A stretch of DNA of 64,000 nucleotides from positions 124,001 to 188,000 of the forward strand of contig CBFFRQ010000057.1 of the NCBI GenBank assembly GCA_965644315.1, given 5' to 3'. The translations under genes and the position numbers were made by a program. Of this stretch, positions 43,354 to 54,900 are shown one piece after another. This DNA comes from Caecitellus pseudoparvulus. Taxonomy: Eukaryota; Protista; Bigyra: Bicosoecida. The notes under the pieces were generated by a model. The model did no database searches. It was given only the letters and a program-made list of their open reading frames with translations, and was not told where the DNA came from. The first letter of the stretch is position 1. Each line of letters begins with the position of its first letter.

Positions 43354-44168
43354 TCAGGCGGAGGTGAGGTCGTCGTTGTAGTACAGGTGCAGCGTGGGCA
43401 GGAACAGGTCTGGGTCCAGTAGCAACCCCTCCATCTCCAGGTCGTCGTCGGGCACGCCGTTCTCCTCCAGGGTGCACGCCATGTCCATGCTGCGGAAATG
43501 GCCGTCCAGCAGGGCTTTCCACGTGTAGCTGCCGGCGTGGGCGTTCCAGGCCAGGTACCGGGAGGAAATTTCTTCGATGCTCTCCTCGCAGCCCACCTCC
43601 ACGACGTGTTCTTGGTGCGTCAGGGTGTTCACAATACGAATCCGGCGCACTTTGGCTGTGACATGCCCCATGACCAACTTGGGGTCTTTCCACCAAGGCA
43701 AGTCCCCGTCGATGCTCCAGGCTGTCGTCGGGTCACGGGGCGGCACGTGGATGAACCGGCCCTGAGGCGTGTACGGGATGTTCAGCTGTGTCTCCGGGTC
43801 GATGTGGTACTTCACGTCCCCCGTCTTGGCGTCGAACCAATGAGACACATCGCTGCCGGCGGCATCCAGGATGGGGTCAGCCAGGATCCCTGAGCACAGC
43901 GAGTGGCGGGTGGGCTTGACGCTTGTGCAGGGTGCTACTCGCACAGCACATCGCTAGCGCACCATGATCGCCCTTGAGAACATCTGTCATGTTGATCACC
44001 TTCCGGTGCACGATGATCCAGCAGTCCTGGCAGCGAGGGGTGGCGGTGGCGTGGCACTCGGGGGGGGGCAGCGTTTCTGCGCTATCTCCGCACCTCTTTC
44101 CCATTGTGCACGGCTACTTCAGCAGGGGTGTAAATGCGCCTCGTGGGCGGGGCCTCCGTGGATGCCAT
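43354..44168 (-). CDS. CYB5D1: Cytochrome b5 domain-containing protein 1 (FAP198, radial-spoke associated)
   Basis: YTPAEVAVHN...DCWI...PILDAAGSDVSHWFD...YTPQGRFIHVPP...PWW...IRIVNTLT...EESIEEI..RYL.WNAHAGSYTWK...TLEENGV...LHLYYNDDLT. Introns 44027-44093 and 43890-43962. Confidence 0.95.
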
Positions 44169-45118
44169 ATGAGCAAACAGTCCAGTGACGCGCCTTGCTC
44201 CGGACACAAGGCGCCTTGCAGCTCTCAGGCTGTGCAGGGGCACAAGCCAAGTCGCGGCGGCCAAGTGGATCAAGTTGCTGCTGCCTGCCACGCAGGCCTG
44301 GCGCACTGAGCAGCCAGAACTTGCCGGGAACTTGCATTGGAAAGGCAAATGGGTACTGTGAGTGGGCTTAATTTGACCTCGACGGGTGGTTTCCAGGGTC
44401 CATCAGGCACTTGGTAGCGACCACGGCTTGAGTGCTGTACACTGCCAGCGGGCAGCTCCTGACCTCCGAGGGGGGCAGGGGGCAACGGCTCCACGAGGGC
44501 CACTTCCCACCGCCCTCACACCAACGCTATCCCAAGTTCCCTTCCAACGAACAGCGGCACTGACGTGGCTGTCAGGGCACACGCAGTTCCAGGCCGTGAG
44601 CACGCCAGCAGGGCCGTGAGCACGCCCTGTCGCCCCGCCGCCAAGGTGCGGCAGGTGAAGCAGGCAGACGGCCTAGCCAGGGAGGTGTCAACAACAACAA
44701 GCCTGCCTGCACGTGGGCGGGCACTCGACGTATGTCAGCGGGTTTGAGCTCGTCAGGTGGGTTGCGGCGTTTGTCAGCGGAGCGTGAGGTGGCAAGGCAG
44801 CTGCATCTGGGCTGCCCCCTGCGCTTCCTGACGAGGCAGGGCGAAAACCTGCCACTCACTGCTGTCCCACATAACAACTGCGGAGAAGGCTGCAGCTGCC
44901 GTGTCCGCGGGTGCTGCGCTCCAAGTGCACGCCGTAGGCAGTCAGCTTGCGTTCACATCGCAGCGACCCTGTCGAGGCTGGCTCACATGCGTCGGCACAC
45001 AGGCCGACGGGGCGGGCAGCCCGACGCACCGACGCCACCCAGCGATGCCCACTCCTTCACAGAGTTGATTCAGGGCTTACTGGACTCGTTTGAGGAGCCC
45101 ACCCCAGCGCCACACGAC

Positions 45119-48100
45119 ATGGCTTCGGAACCCATTCCCGACAGCAGCCAAGCAAAGGCAGAGGTGCCAGCGGCATTTCAACGTGCGTGCAGCCGCAGGG
45201 CCATGGAGTGCAGCTGCCTGTGCTTGCCACCACGCACTGTGCCACTGTGCTGCGCGCAGATTTGGAGGATGATGCCACCGCCCTCAAACGCATGAGGCTG
45301 GAGACGCAAGACATGCTGCAGCTGTGAGTGCGGATTTTGATGCCACGGCAGACCAAGTGCACACACCGCCCTCCCTCTCGCCTACTTGGCAGCATTGGCA
45401 CTGAGAAGCTTAACGACTCGGTGGTGAAGGCCTTGCGGCTGTGGATGTGCTCGACACACCCTTACGCTGTGGTGCAGCAGTGGGAGCATGCACTGGACAC
45501 GCTGGCGATCCGTGCGTGACGCGGCGCTGGTGATGCTGGCTGTGAGCGTTGCCACCTTTGCACCCGCATACCCTGCCCGCCTTGCCCTGCCCAGGCGGAG
45601 CTGCAACAAAGGAAGGCGCAGACACCCTCACCCGGGCCAAGAGCGCCATGACTGACTGGTATCACCGAGTCAAGTTCGGCGTCACGGGCTCCAGCCGTGC
45701 GCCAGACGCCAAGGAGGAGCTGGCCAAGCTGCAGCGAGGCGGCAAGGCAGGCGCTGGGGCAGCCCCCATGCCGAAACTGGACGAAGACGAAGCGTCAGCC
45801 TTTGCAGGGGCGAACGGCACCTCTGAAGCCGAGACACAGGGCGGGGACACCCAGCCTGCGCGCAAGCAGCGGTCCCTCAGCATCACCCTGGACTCCCCGG
45901 TGCACTGCGCGGCAGAGGGCGAGGAGGGGCCCTCCCCCCTCTTGCTGGCAGCACGGGACCTGCACACACTGGATGCCGTCATCCGCACGACACAGTGGGC
46001 ACGCATCGACCGCCGCCTGGCGGGCCGGGATCGAGGGGTGCCCCTGGCTGTCGGCCCGGATGTCCGCCCTGACATGTACGTCCTGCTCATGCGCCCCGAC
46101 AGCGTCGGCTTCGCGGCTACACACAGCTCCTCCTCGGACCGGGCAGCAACCAGCAGCCAGGACGGCCAGGAGGGTGTCGGGCACTCCGTCGCCGCGGCTG
46201 CCGCTGCTGCAGGTAAGGCGCGGTCCGGCTCAACGGCAGGCGGCGCCAAAGCGGGCAGTCGCTCCAGCATCTCCTTGCCCATCGGCCCCTCCGTCAGCAC
46301 CCTGCGCCCGGAGCGGGACCACAAAGGGCGCCCCCTAACGACGGAGGTGCTGCCCGAGCTGCCGGGACTGGCGCGGGGCACGGTGGGCGCCTGGGCCCAG
46401 AGCACGCCGCCCCACATGTTGCCGGTGGTGGAGGACCAGTTGCCGCCGCAGCCTGCGGTGGTGCCGGTGCCGGGCGCCTTGATCCCCGTGCCTGCCCTGC
46501 AGGAGGCCTCCCACCCTGTCACCCTCACCAACATCGGTCGTGCCAAGGCGAAGATCTCCTTCCGTGTGACACAGGCCCACCCTCCCGCCTCGGCCAGTGT
46601 CCACGTGGAGCCGCCCGCCATCGTCGTGCGCCGCGGCGAGAGTGTCACTGTGCAGGTCATCGTGCACGTCGTGTCGCCCGGCGTGGATGTCTCCGCCATC
46701 ATCTTGGGGGAGGATGAGCGCGGCGCCCGCGTCCCACTCTGCGTGCGCTGCCTGGCGTCACCGCAAGTGTTTGCCGTGCCCCTGCGCAAGCTGGTCATGG
46801 TGCAGGACTGCGGGCTGCGTGTCCCCGCGGTGCTCCGGGCCCTGCGCCAGGCCCTGGAGGCCACCGGTGGGTATGCCGCAGAGGGCATCTTCCGCCTGGC
46901 GCCGGGTGACAGCATGGTGAAGACGGTGCGGGCAGCCCTGGACAGTGGGCGGTACATCCCCCCCTCTCCCCTCGCCAGTGCGGGCGTGATTCCGGCAGAG
47001 GGTGTCGTGAACGCCACGTCACGCGATGTGGCCGCTGCTGCGGAGGCCGCCACCCGTGCAGCCATGGAAGGGCAGGGGCTGGTTCCTGCACACGCCCTCA
47101 GCTCTGCCACCTGCTACACCGCCGCCCACGTCATCAAGATCCTGTACCGCAACCTGCCCTGCCGCGTGTTGCAGAATGTGCCGTCCACCGTGCTGGCGGG
47201 GGCGAAGACTCAGGAAGCAGCGCTGCGAGTGGTGAAGGAGTTCGTGAAGCCGCCACACACAGATCTGCTGTGGTGGCTGGTGCAGCTCCTGACGCGTGTC
47301 GCGGAGGGTGCCGCGTGGACCAAGATGACAGCGAAGAACTGCGCTATTGTCGCGGCGCCCAACCTGTGCGCCGTAGAGGCAGACGAGAACCCCATGGAGG
47401 CCCTCTTGCTATCACAGCAGACGACCATGCTGCTGACTCACCTCATCGAGTTCAAGCTGTCCCAGCGGTCAGCCATTGCTACCCCCGGAGGCGGTGAGGG
47501 CGAAGCAGATGGCGGCGCGCTGTCACGTGAGCTGGCCGAGCTGGCCAAGGGGCCCACCTTCCTCAAGGCATTGCTGCCCGTCGCAGAGCAGGCGCAAGAT
47601 GCCGCCTCCTCGCCCTCTGATGCGGCCGCCCCGCCGTCACGCCTGCCTGCGTCCTCCCTGGGCGAGATGGCGGTGCCTCCTGCCCGCAGTGCAGGCAGCA
47701 CTGGCTCCCCCGACTCTGACGCCACCGGGCATCGACACCACTTGCACCGGGCCAGCACTTCCGTCGCCAGCTACACCAACGAGGAGCTGCAGCAGGCCCT
47801 GGCGGGGATCCGCACCAGCACAAGCGCGGATGGGGGTGGGGAGGTGTCACCGCCCCAGGAACGCCCACCCCCACTTGCTCCTCGGCCCCCCTCTTTGCCC
47901 CCCCCGCCGCACCTCAACCAAGCTGCCATCCAGGTGCCTGCCCAGCAGCCAGAGTCTGAGGGGTCGTCTCCTGAGCTGGATGGGCAGCAGCCCGCGGCAC
48001 CCGTGCCGCCCATGATCCCTCCACCTCCGCCCCAGCAACAAGCAGTGAGTGGCGGACAGGCCCCACCCGCATCCCATGCAACTGGCAGGATGGCCCCTCC

Positions 48101-48839
48101 CTCAGGAGCCCCCCCCCCTCCCATGGCAAGCAACACAAACCTGACCCAGGGTGACGGCCCCCCTCCGCCTCCCACCCAGGCGGAGGACATGCCACCCCCA
48201 CCACCACCCATGCCTGACAGCGAAGCGACACCGTCAGAGACCCAAGGCGACGAACCTGCGCCGCTGGCCGGGTCCCCTCCAAAGCCGGCACAGGCTGGAG
48301 GCAGTGAAGTTGATGAAGCGCTCGAGACTTACGAAACGCACGCAGTGCCACCGCCTGAGCAGACGGCCGAGGCGTTGGACGCCTCCGAGGTTCACTTCGA
48401 GCAGCCGTCGGTGGAGCAGGTGGGGGAAGTTGGCGCAAGGAGCACTGCTGCCGCTGCACCCGGGGATCTCCAGATGCCTCAGGCCGAGACAGGTGTGGAG
48501 ACTGAGGCGGCGGTCCACCCAGAGGAGGCAGAGTGCGGTGAATCGGCTGGGAGGGTAGAAACCGTGGCAGACGCACTGGATGCATCTGCTGCGGACGCAG
48601 CTGCAGCTGCCCCTGTGTCCGCCTCGCCTCATGCGCCAGTCTTTGAGGCAGACGCTGAGGGCGACACCCTTCATGACGCCTCCTCCGCGGAACAAGCCAT
48701 GGACGGCAATGTCGCCGAGGTTGTTGGTACCGATGCCCTGCGCTCTGACTCGGAGAGTGCAGCTGGAGCCGGGGAGGAGGGTGTGAATTTCTTCGGAGAC
48801 GCGGCAGACGACAGCAGCGAGGCATCAGCTGACGGGTGA
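45119..48839 (+). CDS. RhoGAP-domain protein with a preceding ASH/MSP-like Ig domain and a Pro-rich/acidic tail
   Basis: VFAVPL...VPAVL...EGIFRLAPG (Arg finger), AAHVIKILYRNLP and TKMTAKNCAIVAAPNL define the RhoGAP. The upstream VTLTNIG...VEPPAIVVRRGESVTVQV is Ig-like. Introns 45183-45259, 45324-45392 and 45512-45594 keep the frame. Confidence 0.88.
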
Positions 48840-48889
48840 GCTTGCCGGCCGCCGCCTCGCTCCCGCTTCCCACCCAGGCACGGGACTCC

Positions 48890-48903
48890 CAATGCATGCA
48901 TTC
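48890..48903. terminator. Near-palindrome CAATGCATGCATTC, candidate shared 3'-end signal
   Basis: Between the RhoGAP stop (48839, +) and the LRRIQ3-like stop (48996, -). Reads CAATGCA on + and GAATGCA on -. Confidence 0.6.
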
Positions 48904-48995
48904 GATAACTGCCCGAGCGGCTGCACACTCCCAGCGCCGGTCGGCTGGCCCCTTGCCATGGCTGTGAACTCCCAGTCCTGGACACGCATGGTGAC

Positions 48996-51900
48996 TCAAC
49001 GTTCGCCATACCTTGTGCTGTGGAGCAGCTGCGGCCCAGGTCGGTACAGGACACCCGTGTGGTGTGTGGCACCTCTTCCTGGAGCCCAGCTGTCAGCATC
49101 ATCCTCCGAACTGCTCAGCGCCGCCCGCGCAGACATGGGCCCAGCACGGTGGCTGGCCTGCTCTGTGTGCAACTTGGCACGGGCGACGGCCCGCCCCGCA
49201 GCCCGCGCACTGCGAGCTGCCAGCACATTGTCTCTGGCTGCTTCGTGAGTACGAGCTTTCCCTGCCATGCGATGCAGAGCTGTGGAGTGTCTGCGCAGGG
49301 CAGAGAGGCCAGTGGAGAAGGCCAGTGCGTCGGACCGCTCCAACTGCCGCTTGTGGCGTCGGATCTTGTCAGTGATGCGCTGGTCGCGTTGGCGCCGGAC
49401 GGTGGCTGCCTGCAGGGCTGCTTGGTGTCGGCGAGCAGTCTGAATGGGTACAGATTGTGAAGAGGCCTGGCGCGATGCCGACCCTGGCAGGCTGTGGGCG
49501 GGGTGAGGAGAGGTGTCCTCCGTCTGGTGCACCTGACTCCATTCCAAGTCCAGCGGCGGTGGATCCACTCCAAATGGTGCAGGACCCGGCTGCCCCGTAA
49601 CTGGACTTGAAGGTATGGACAGGGGGGGCACTGGCTCAGGGGGTGTGCTCGGTGCAGGTGGCCGCAACTGAGGAGCACCACCATCCAGGGACGCAGTGGA
49701 GAGGGCGCCTTGCAGTCGCAAGGCCGGGCGCTTTTGATTGGCCACCATGACGCGTTCTGCTGCAAGCCTTGCCTCTGCCTGGGTGGGGAACGCCCTGGGC
49801 GGTTCGAGAGAGGATGACCCTGCCAGGGACAGCGCAGTGCGGGACTGCAGCCTGGTGGAGGAGGCTGCCCACCTTCCAACACTGGCCGTCACGTCGCCCA
49901 TTGAACTGCGCGCCGAGCCAGTTCGGAGGGGCGACGCGGCTCGTTCCCGCGAAGGGCCCCCAGAAAATCCCGAGGGGGGAGCGTTGCGCGGGGTAGGCAC
50001 ACCCTGTGGGAGCAGGGCCTCTGCGCGCAAGCCGTCCGAACCACGCTCACGCCCAGGTAGATGCCAGTGGCTGGCGTCGTCTTGAGCTAGCTCAGGCAAC
50101 GGTGCTGAGAGGTGTGGCGGCGCACCCCGACCTGAGTGAGGCGCCATGGCTGCCGTGAGAGCCACTGCGCGCTGCAGGGTGTGGGATGCAGTCTCCTCCT
50201 TCTGCTCACCCCCAAGTAACGGCCGCACTGCGAGCGCGGCAGACACGGCCGCCTCTGTTGCCTCCCGCAACACTCTATCCGCACGCCGCCCCAGCTTGAG
50301 GCCTTCCTCCCCAGGCACCCTCGCTGCGTTATGGATATCAGAAGGCCGGAGGCGATCTCGCAGCTGCTGATGGAAAAGGGAGGTGCCATCCCCCACCGCG
50401 TACAGGTACGAGTCTGACGGTGCGACGAGTGCCGTGGAGGGGGCCATGCCTGCTGGCAGCCCAGGTCGCTGGCCTGGCACAAGCGCTGCTTTGAAACCTT
50501 CCCGACGCACATGCACTGCATCCCAGCCTTCTGTATGTGAGGGCAGCTGCAGGTCGGCAGGGGGCTGAAGCGGCGGCGCAGCCGCCAGCTCACGCCCCCC
50601 CACAGCGGTGGCCACAGCGTAAGGTTGAGGGTCAGCTTGTGCAGCTGAGGCGTGCAGCCGAGAGAGTGTCGCTGCATCCGCAAGGCTCTGACCTGGTTCT
50701 CGCTTCGGAGAAGTCACGACGCTGGGTTTAAACGCGGCACCACCACTGCTACCAGTCTCCCGCAGTGTCTCAGCGACAGTGGCCCGCGCAGCGCCTGAGC
50801 GCCAGGCATCGGCTCCTTGCAGCAGTCGCACTGCTGATGTGGCCGGGGAGGGCGGTGCGCCAGGAGCAATCCCCAGCTTCGCCCCCACACGAGCTGACGA
50901 CTCGCTGGCCTGCATGCCGTCAGCCACACCCGTGACATCGTCATCTCCACTGAAGAAGCCGTCCTCTGCAACCGTTGTGGCCTGCCCAGGTCGGCGTGAG
51001 GCTTCGCCTTTCGCCTCTCGAGCGATGGAGTTGCGTTGTGTCGTGCGCCCAAAAGCACTGCACCAGGCTGTCGGCACCAACGTCTTCTCCTGCATGAGTT
51101 GGGCGGGGGTGAGGAAGCAGGCAGAAGTACCAGTTGGGGCGTGCCATGTCAACGCTGTCAGCAGCGCGGTGCGCAGGCGCGCCTCTGTCAGTGAGGAGAA
51201 CTGCACTGCAAAGAGGCGCTGCGTCCGACATTGCCAGTGCAGCTTGGCCGAATCTACCCGGGGCCACGCCACGGTGAAGTTCTCATGTTCCTCTTCTTCG
51301 TGGTCAGCACGCGACGCCCACGCCACGCTCCATTGCAGTGCCCCTGCGTACTCCACAAGCTCCACGCGCGTGCCGGCAGACACCAAGGGCACAGCGGCTG
51401 CAAGAGGGTGCACAGCTGGGTCCACGAAGCGCAGGTACCGTGCAGCGGACGGCTGGGGTGAAGCGAAGGACACGACCAGGGAGTGCTCTGACAACCAGGG
51501 CACGCCATCCTTTGCCACAGACAGGCGCATGGGTGCAATGGCCGCGAGGAGACGCCCGACCTGCACTCTGGATGCGGTGCTATCGTCACTGTCCGCGCCG
51601 TCTGGGCCCTCTGCCAGCGTGGGGGCCAAGGCTTCCTTCAACGACGCCAGTGCAAACCTGCTGCCGTGGTCCATGGGCCCCTTGGCCGTGAACAGCTGCA
51701 GCCACAAGGGGAGACCTACCCGCAGCTCCCGCCAGCTTTCGGGAGGGCGGAAGGGCCGCACAGTGGACAGCGTGATGGCAGTGCCAGGTCCATCGGGCAA
51801 GTCCACATCTGCCTTGCCCAGTCCCTTCAGCTTGCGCCGTAGGCGATTGGTTTGTTTCTGCTGGGGCTCCAAGTGCACCACCAGTTCGTGTTCTGGTAGG

Positions 51901-54900
51901 CTAGCCGTCATCCAAGGTCGCACAGCTCGCAGGTCCACCCAGTCATGCACGTGCGCTTGCAGCATGCGCTCTTGGGGCGTGATCTCCTTCGCAGCAGCCC
52001 CCACAGCAACAACTCCCTCTGCACCGAATTGAGTACTGCCACGGACCGTCAAGGTGCGATGCACTGGTGGGCGAGCAGAAGGCCGGGCCTTGCCTTGGGG
52101 CGGCTTTGTCGGCACGCGGCTGGGCGAGCCTTCCCTGTCAGTCGCATCACGCTCGCTGGCTCGCAAGGCGGCAGCCAGACCCCCCGCCACACTGCGTGTC
52201 ACGAGGGAAGAATGCTGTCGCAGCTGGCGCTGCTTGTCTGTGGCCCGCTCGGCGCGGGCTGCTTCTGCATCGGGCTTTGTGTGGCGAGGGTCACCCCAGC
52301 CGTACAGGCCATCTCCCGCGCCGATGCAGCCGACACCGCCAAAGGCGAGTGCCGCAACAACATCAGCTTCGATGAACAGCGTGCGGCAGCCACAGGCAGT
52401 CACACGCCGAACGGCGCCCGCAATGCCCCGGATCATACTCATGCGCCGGGCAAACTTTCGGGCGCGGAAGGCTCGTTGGATGGCAGTAGCTGCGCGCAGC
52501 TGCAGGACTTGCAGCGGCGCAGCTGGGCTCAGCGACACTCGAGTGGAGTGCGAGCGCCAGGCTGCTTGAATGGCAGTGGCTGCAGCCACGGCATCAACGG
52601 CCCACACTGGCATGAGGGTGCAGGGCGGCAGAATCGGATGCAGCGTGTCCCGTTCCGTGCCCGCAGCAGAGGCAATGGAGGCGATGCTGCGCGAGGAAAT
52701 CGAGCGGGACACGCTCTGCTGCCGGGTGGGGGGACTTGCCTGACGCAGCACGGGCGTGGACTTGGACCCGCCCATATGAGCGTCGGGCACCACATCACTG
52801 CCGAGCGCTCCTTCGGCCAAGTGCAGCGAGCGACGAGCACGGGCCACAGTCTTGTGCCCTGAGCCGCCTGGTTCTAAGCCAACCTCGTGCCCCTGCACAG
52901 GCAGCGCACGGGCGGCGATCTTCGTCACGTCTTGCTCGTGTTGCCAAGCCCGTGCTGCGGATGATTGCAGCAGGCCCAAGGCCTGGCTCACGACGAAGTG
53001 AGAGGGTGGCGCATCTGGCTGGTCCACCCCCTCTGTATCGCCCCTTCCATCCATGGACGCACTGCGAGGCACTTCTCCGCCCTCCAGCTGCAAGGTGCTG
53101 TGGGAGGCGGAGTGGGTGGCGTGCGACGTGCCTGCGGGCGCAATTTCAGCCATGCAAGCTCGCCGCATGGCGGCCGTCCATGGACGCAGGCGGAGCAGCA
53201 GACGGGCCAGATCACGAGGTGATGCGGCAGTGTACGTCTCGTAAGTGGCCTTGGGAGGCGGGATGAGCTGATGGGGTTGCTTGAAGCCAGCCACACGCGT
53301 CCGTGCCCACCGCCCAATGAAGTCACCTCGCTGACCCGCACTGCCCTGCACAGTGTCTGCTTGCGCGCCACTACGTCCTTCCCGTGCCGCCCCCTGCTGC
53401 TGCTGCTGCTTGCTGTGCCACGCGCGCAGTAGGTCGGCCTGATCAGCCCTGCTTTGTCGCATGGACTGGCCATATCGCTCCTTGGGGAGCCAAGACGTGT
53501 CGATGAGGCTGCGAATGTCAAGGGGCGTGCGGGGCACCAGCGCGGCAAGGGCAGCCCGTACTCTTGCTGTGCCCCCGAACAGTCGAGTGAAGGGAAGGGG
53601 TGCTGAGGCCAGAGTGCCATCTGACGTGTATCGAGTCCTGCCTGCTGCAGGCGGTGGGCGAGCACCCGCCCCAGGCAAGCCCCAGCCCGACAATAGACCT
53701 CCTGCGCTCGGCATCCGAAGAATGGCCAGCAGGTCTGGCGCCATGCCCGCCACACCTTCGGCGCCACCCTTCGCAACGGAGCAGTGGAGGTCGTGCATGT
53801 CCAAGACGGTGGACATTCCGTGCGCCTTGGCAGCCTGCCTGATGCGCTTAGCACGCTTGCGGCGCAAGGCGCGGTGCAAGGCTGGGCGCCGCAGTAACAC
53901 CACACCCGCTGCCGCAGCCGTGCTCGTGAGCAAGCGCACCCCGACCACAGGCAGCGCTGTGGGGGGAATGGCAACCGCAACGCCACTGACAGGGTCCAGG
54001 GCAAGGCTGTCCCCACCAAACGCGCCCTGGAGCACAACGCCCAGACCTGTGCAATTAGGCAGGTGAGTTGGATCCCCCTCTCCACCTGCCGCATCCTCCC
54101 ACACACCTGGCACCTCTCCCGTCTCGCCCCGAGCGATGGCGTCCTCCCTGGCTTTTCCGAGCACTGTGCGCTGTCGAGTAGAGAGTACCGTGGAACTGAG
54201 TGATGTTGCCACATCCCCTGCTTGGCTTGCAGTTGAGCTTCCAGTCAGAACACCTGCTGTCGGGCGGCCGCTACTTGGGTCCTGCCCCGCCACCAAGACA
54301 GCACCGAGCCCTGCAGTCACCGTGACGTCCTCTGTGGGCCCCGCAAAAGCTGTGATGACGCCCAGCGCACGGGACAGGGCTGCAGCGGGCAAGTACTGGT
54401 CAACTTTCACCGTTGCGGGGATGAGCTGCCCGGCAGCAGCAGAAACGGGGCCCTTGGCAAGCGCACCGCCACTGGAGCCATCGCGCGAGGCCTGCCGGGC
54501 ATGCACCACGCCAGCTTGGCTGCGAAGCAGGCGGGCATTGCGGTGGTGAGTGAGGATGCTCACAATGTGCTTAAGGATGCTGTCCTCTCCGCCGTCGGCT
54601 TGTCGCTCCCCCGCTGACACTTGTTTGTGCAGCCAGGTCAGGGAAGCTTCCCGCCCACCACTGGCGGCAGAGGACAACCCACCCATGGTGAAGGGCAGCA
54701 GGGGAGACTGCACTACATGCTGCAAGTGCACCGCGCACGGCTGCAGGGTGGATGCCACCTTGGCGTGTGTCAGGTGCTGCAGCCGGTAAGGGTCAGGTTG
54801 CTGCCCCGCAGCAGGTTGCCCAGCCTTGCCCTCCGCTGCGGAGGCACGCTTTGGTTGGACTGGCTGTGGCAGGGCCGACACCTGCCGGTCCAGCCATCGA

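Noticed and set aside
44365-44377. GGCTTAATTTGAC match to a conserved 18S rRNA segment (rRNA fragment or snoRNA guide on the minus strand)
   Set aside because: Only about 13 nt match, the flanks diverge from rRNA, and no properly placed C/D boxes are visible. It is probably chance; an Rfam scan would settle it.
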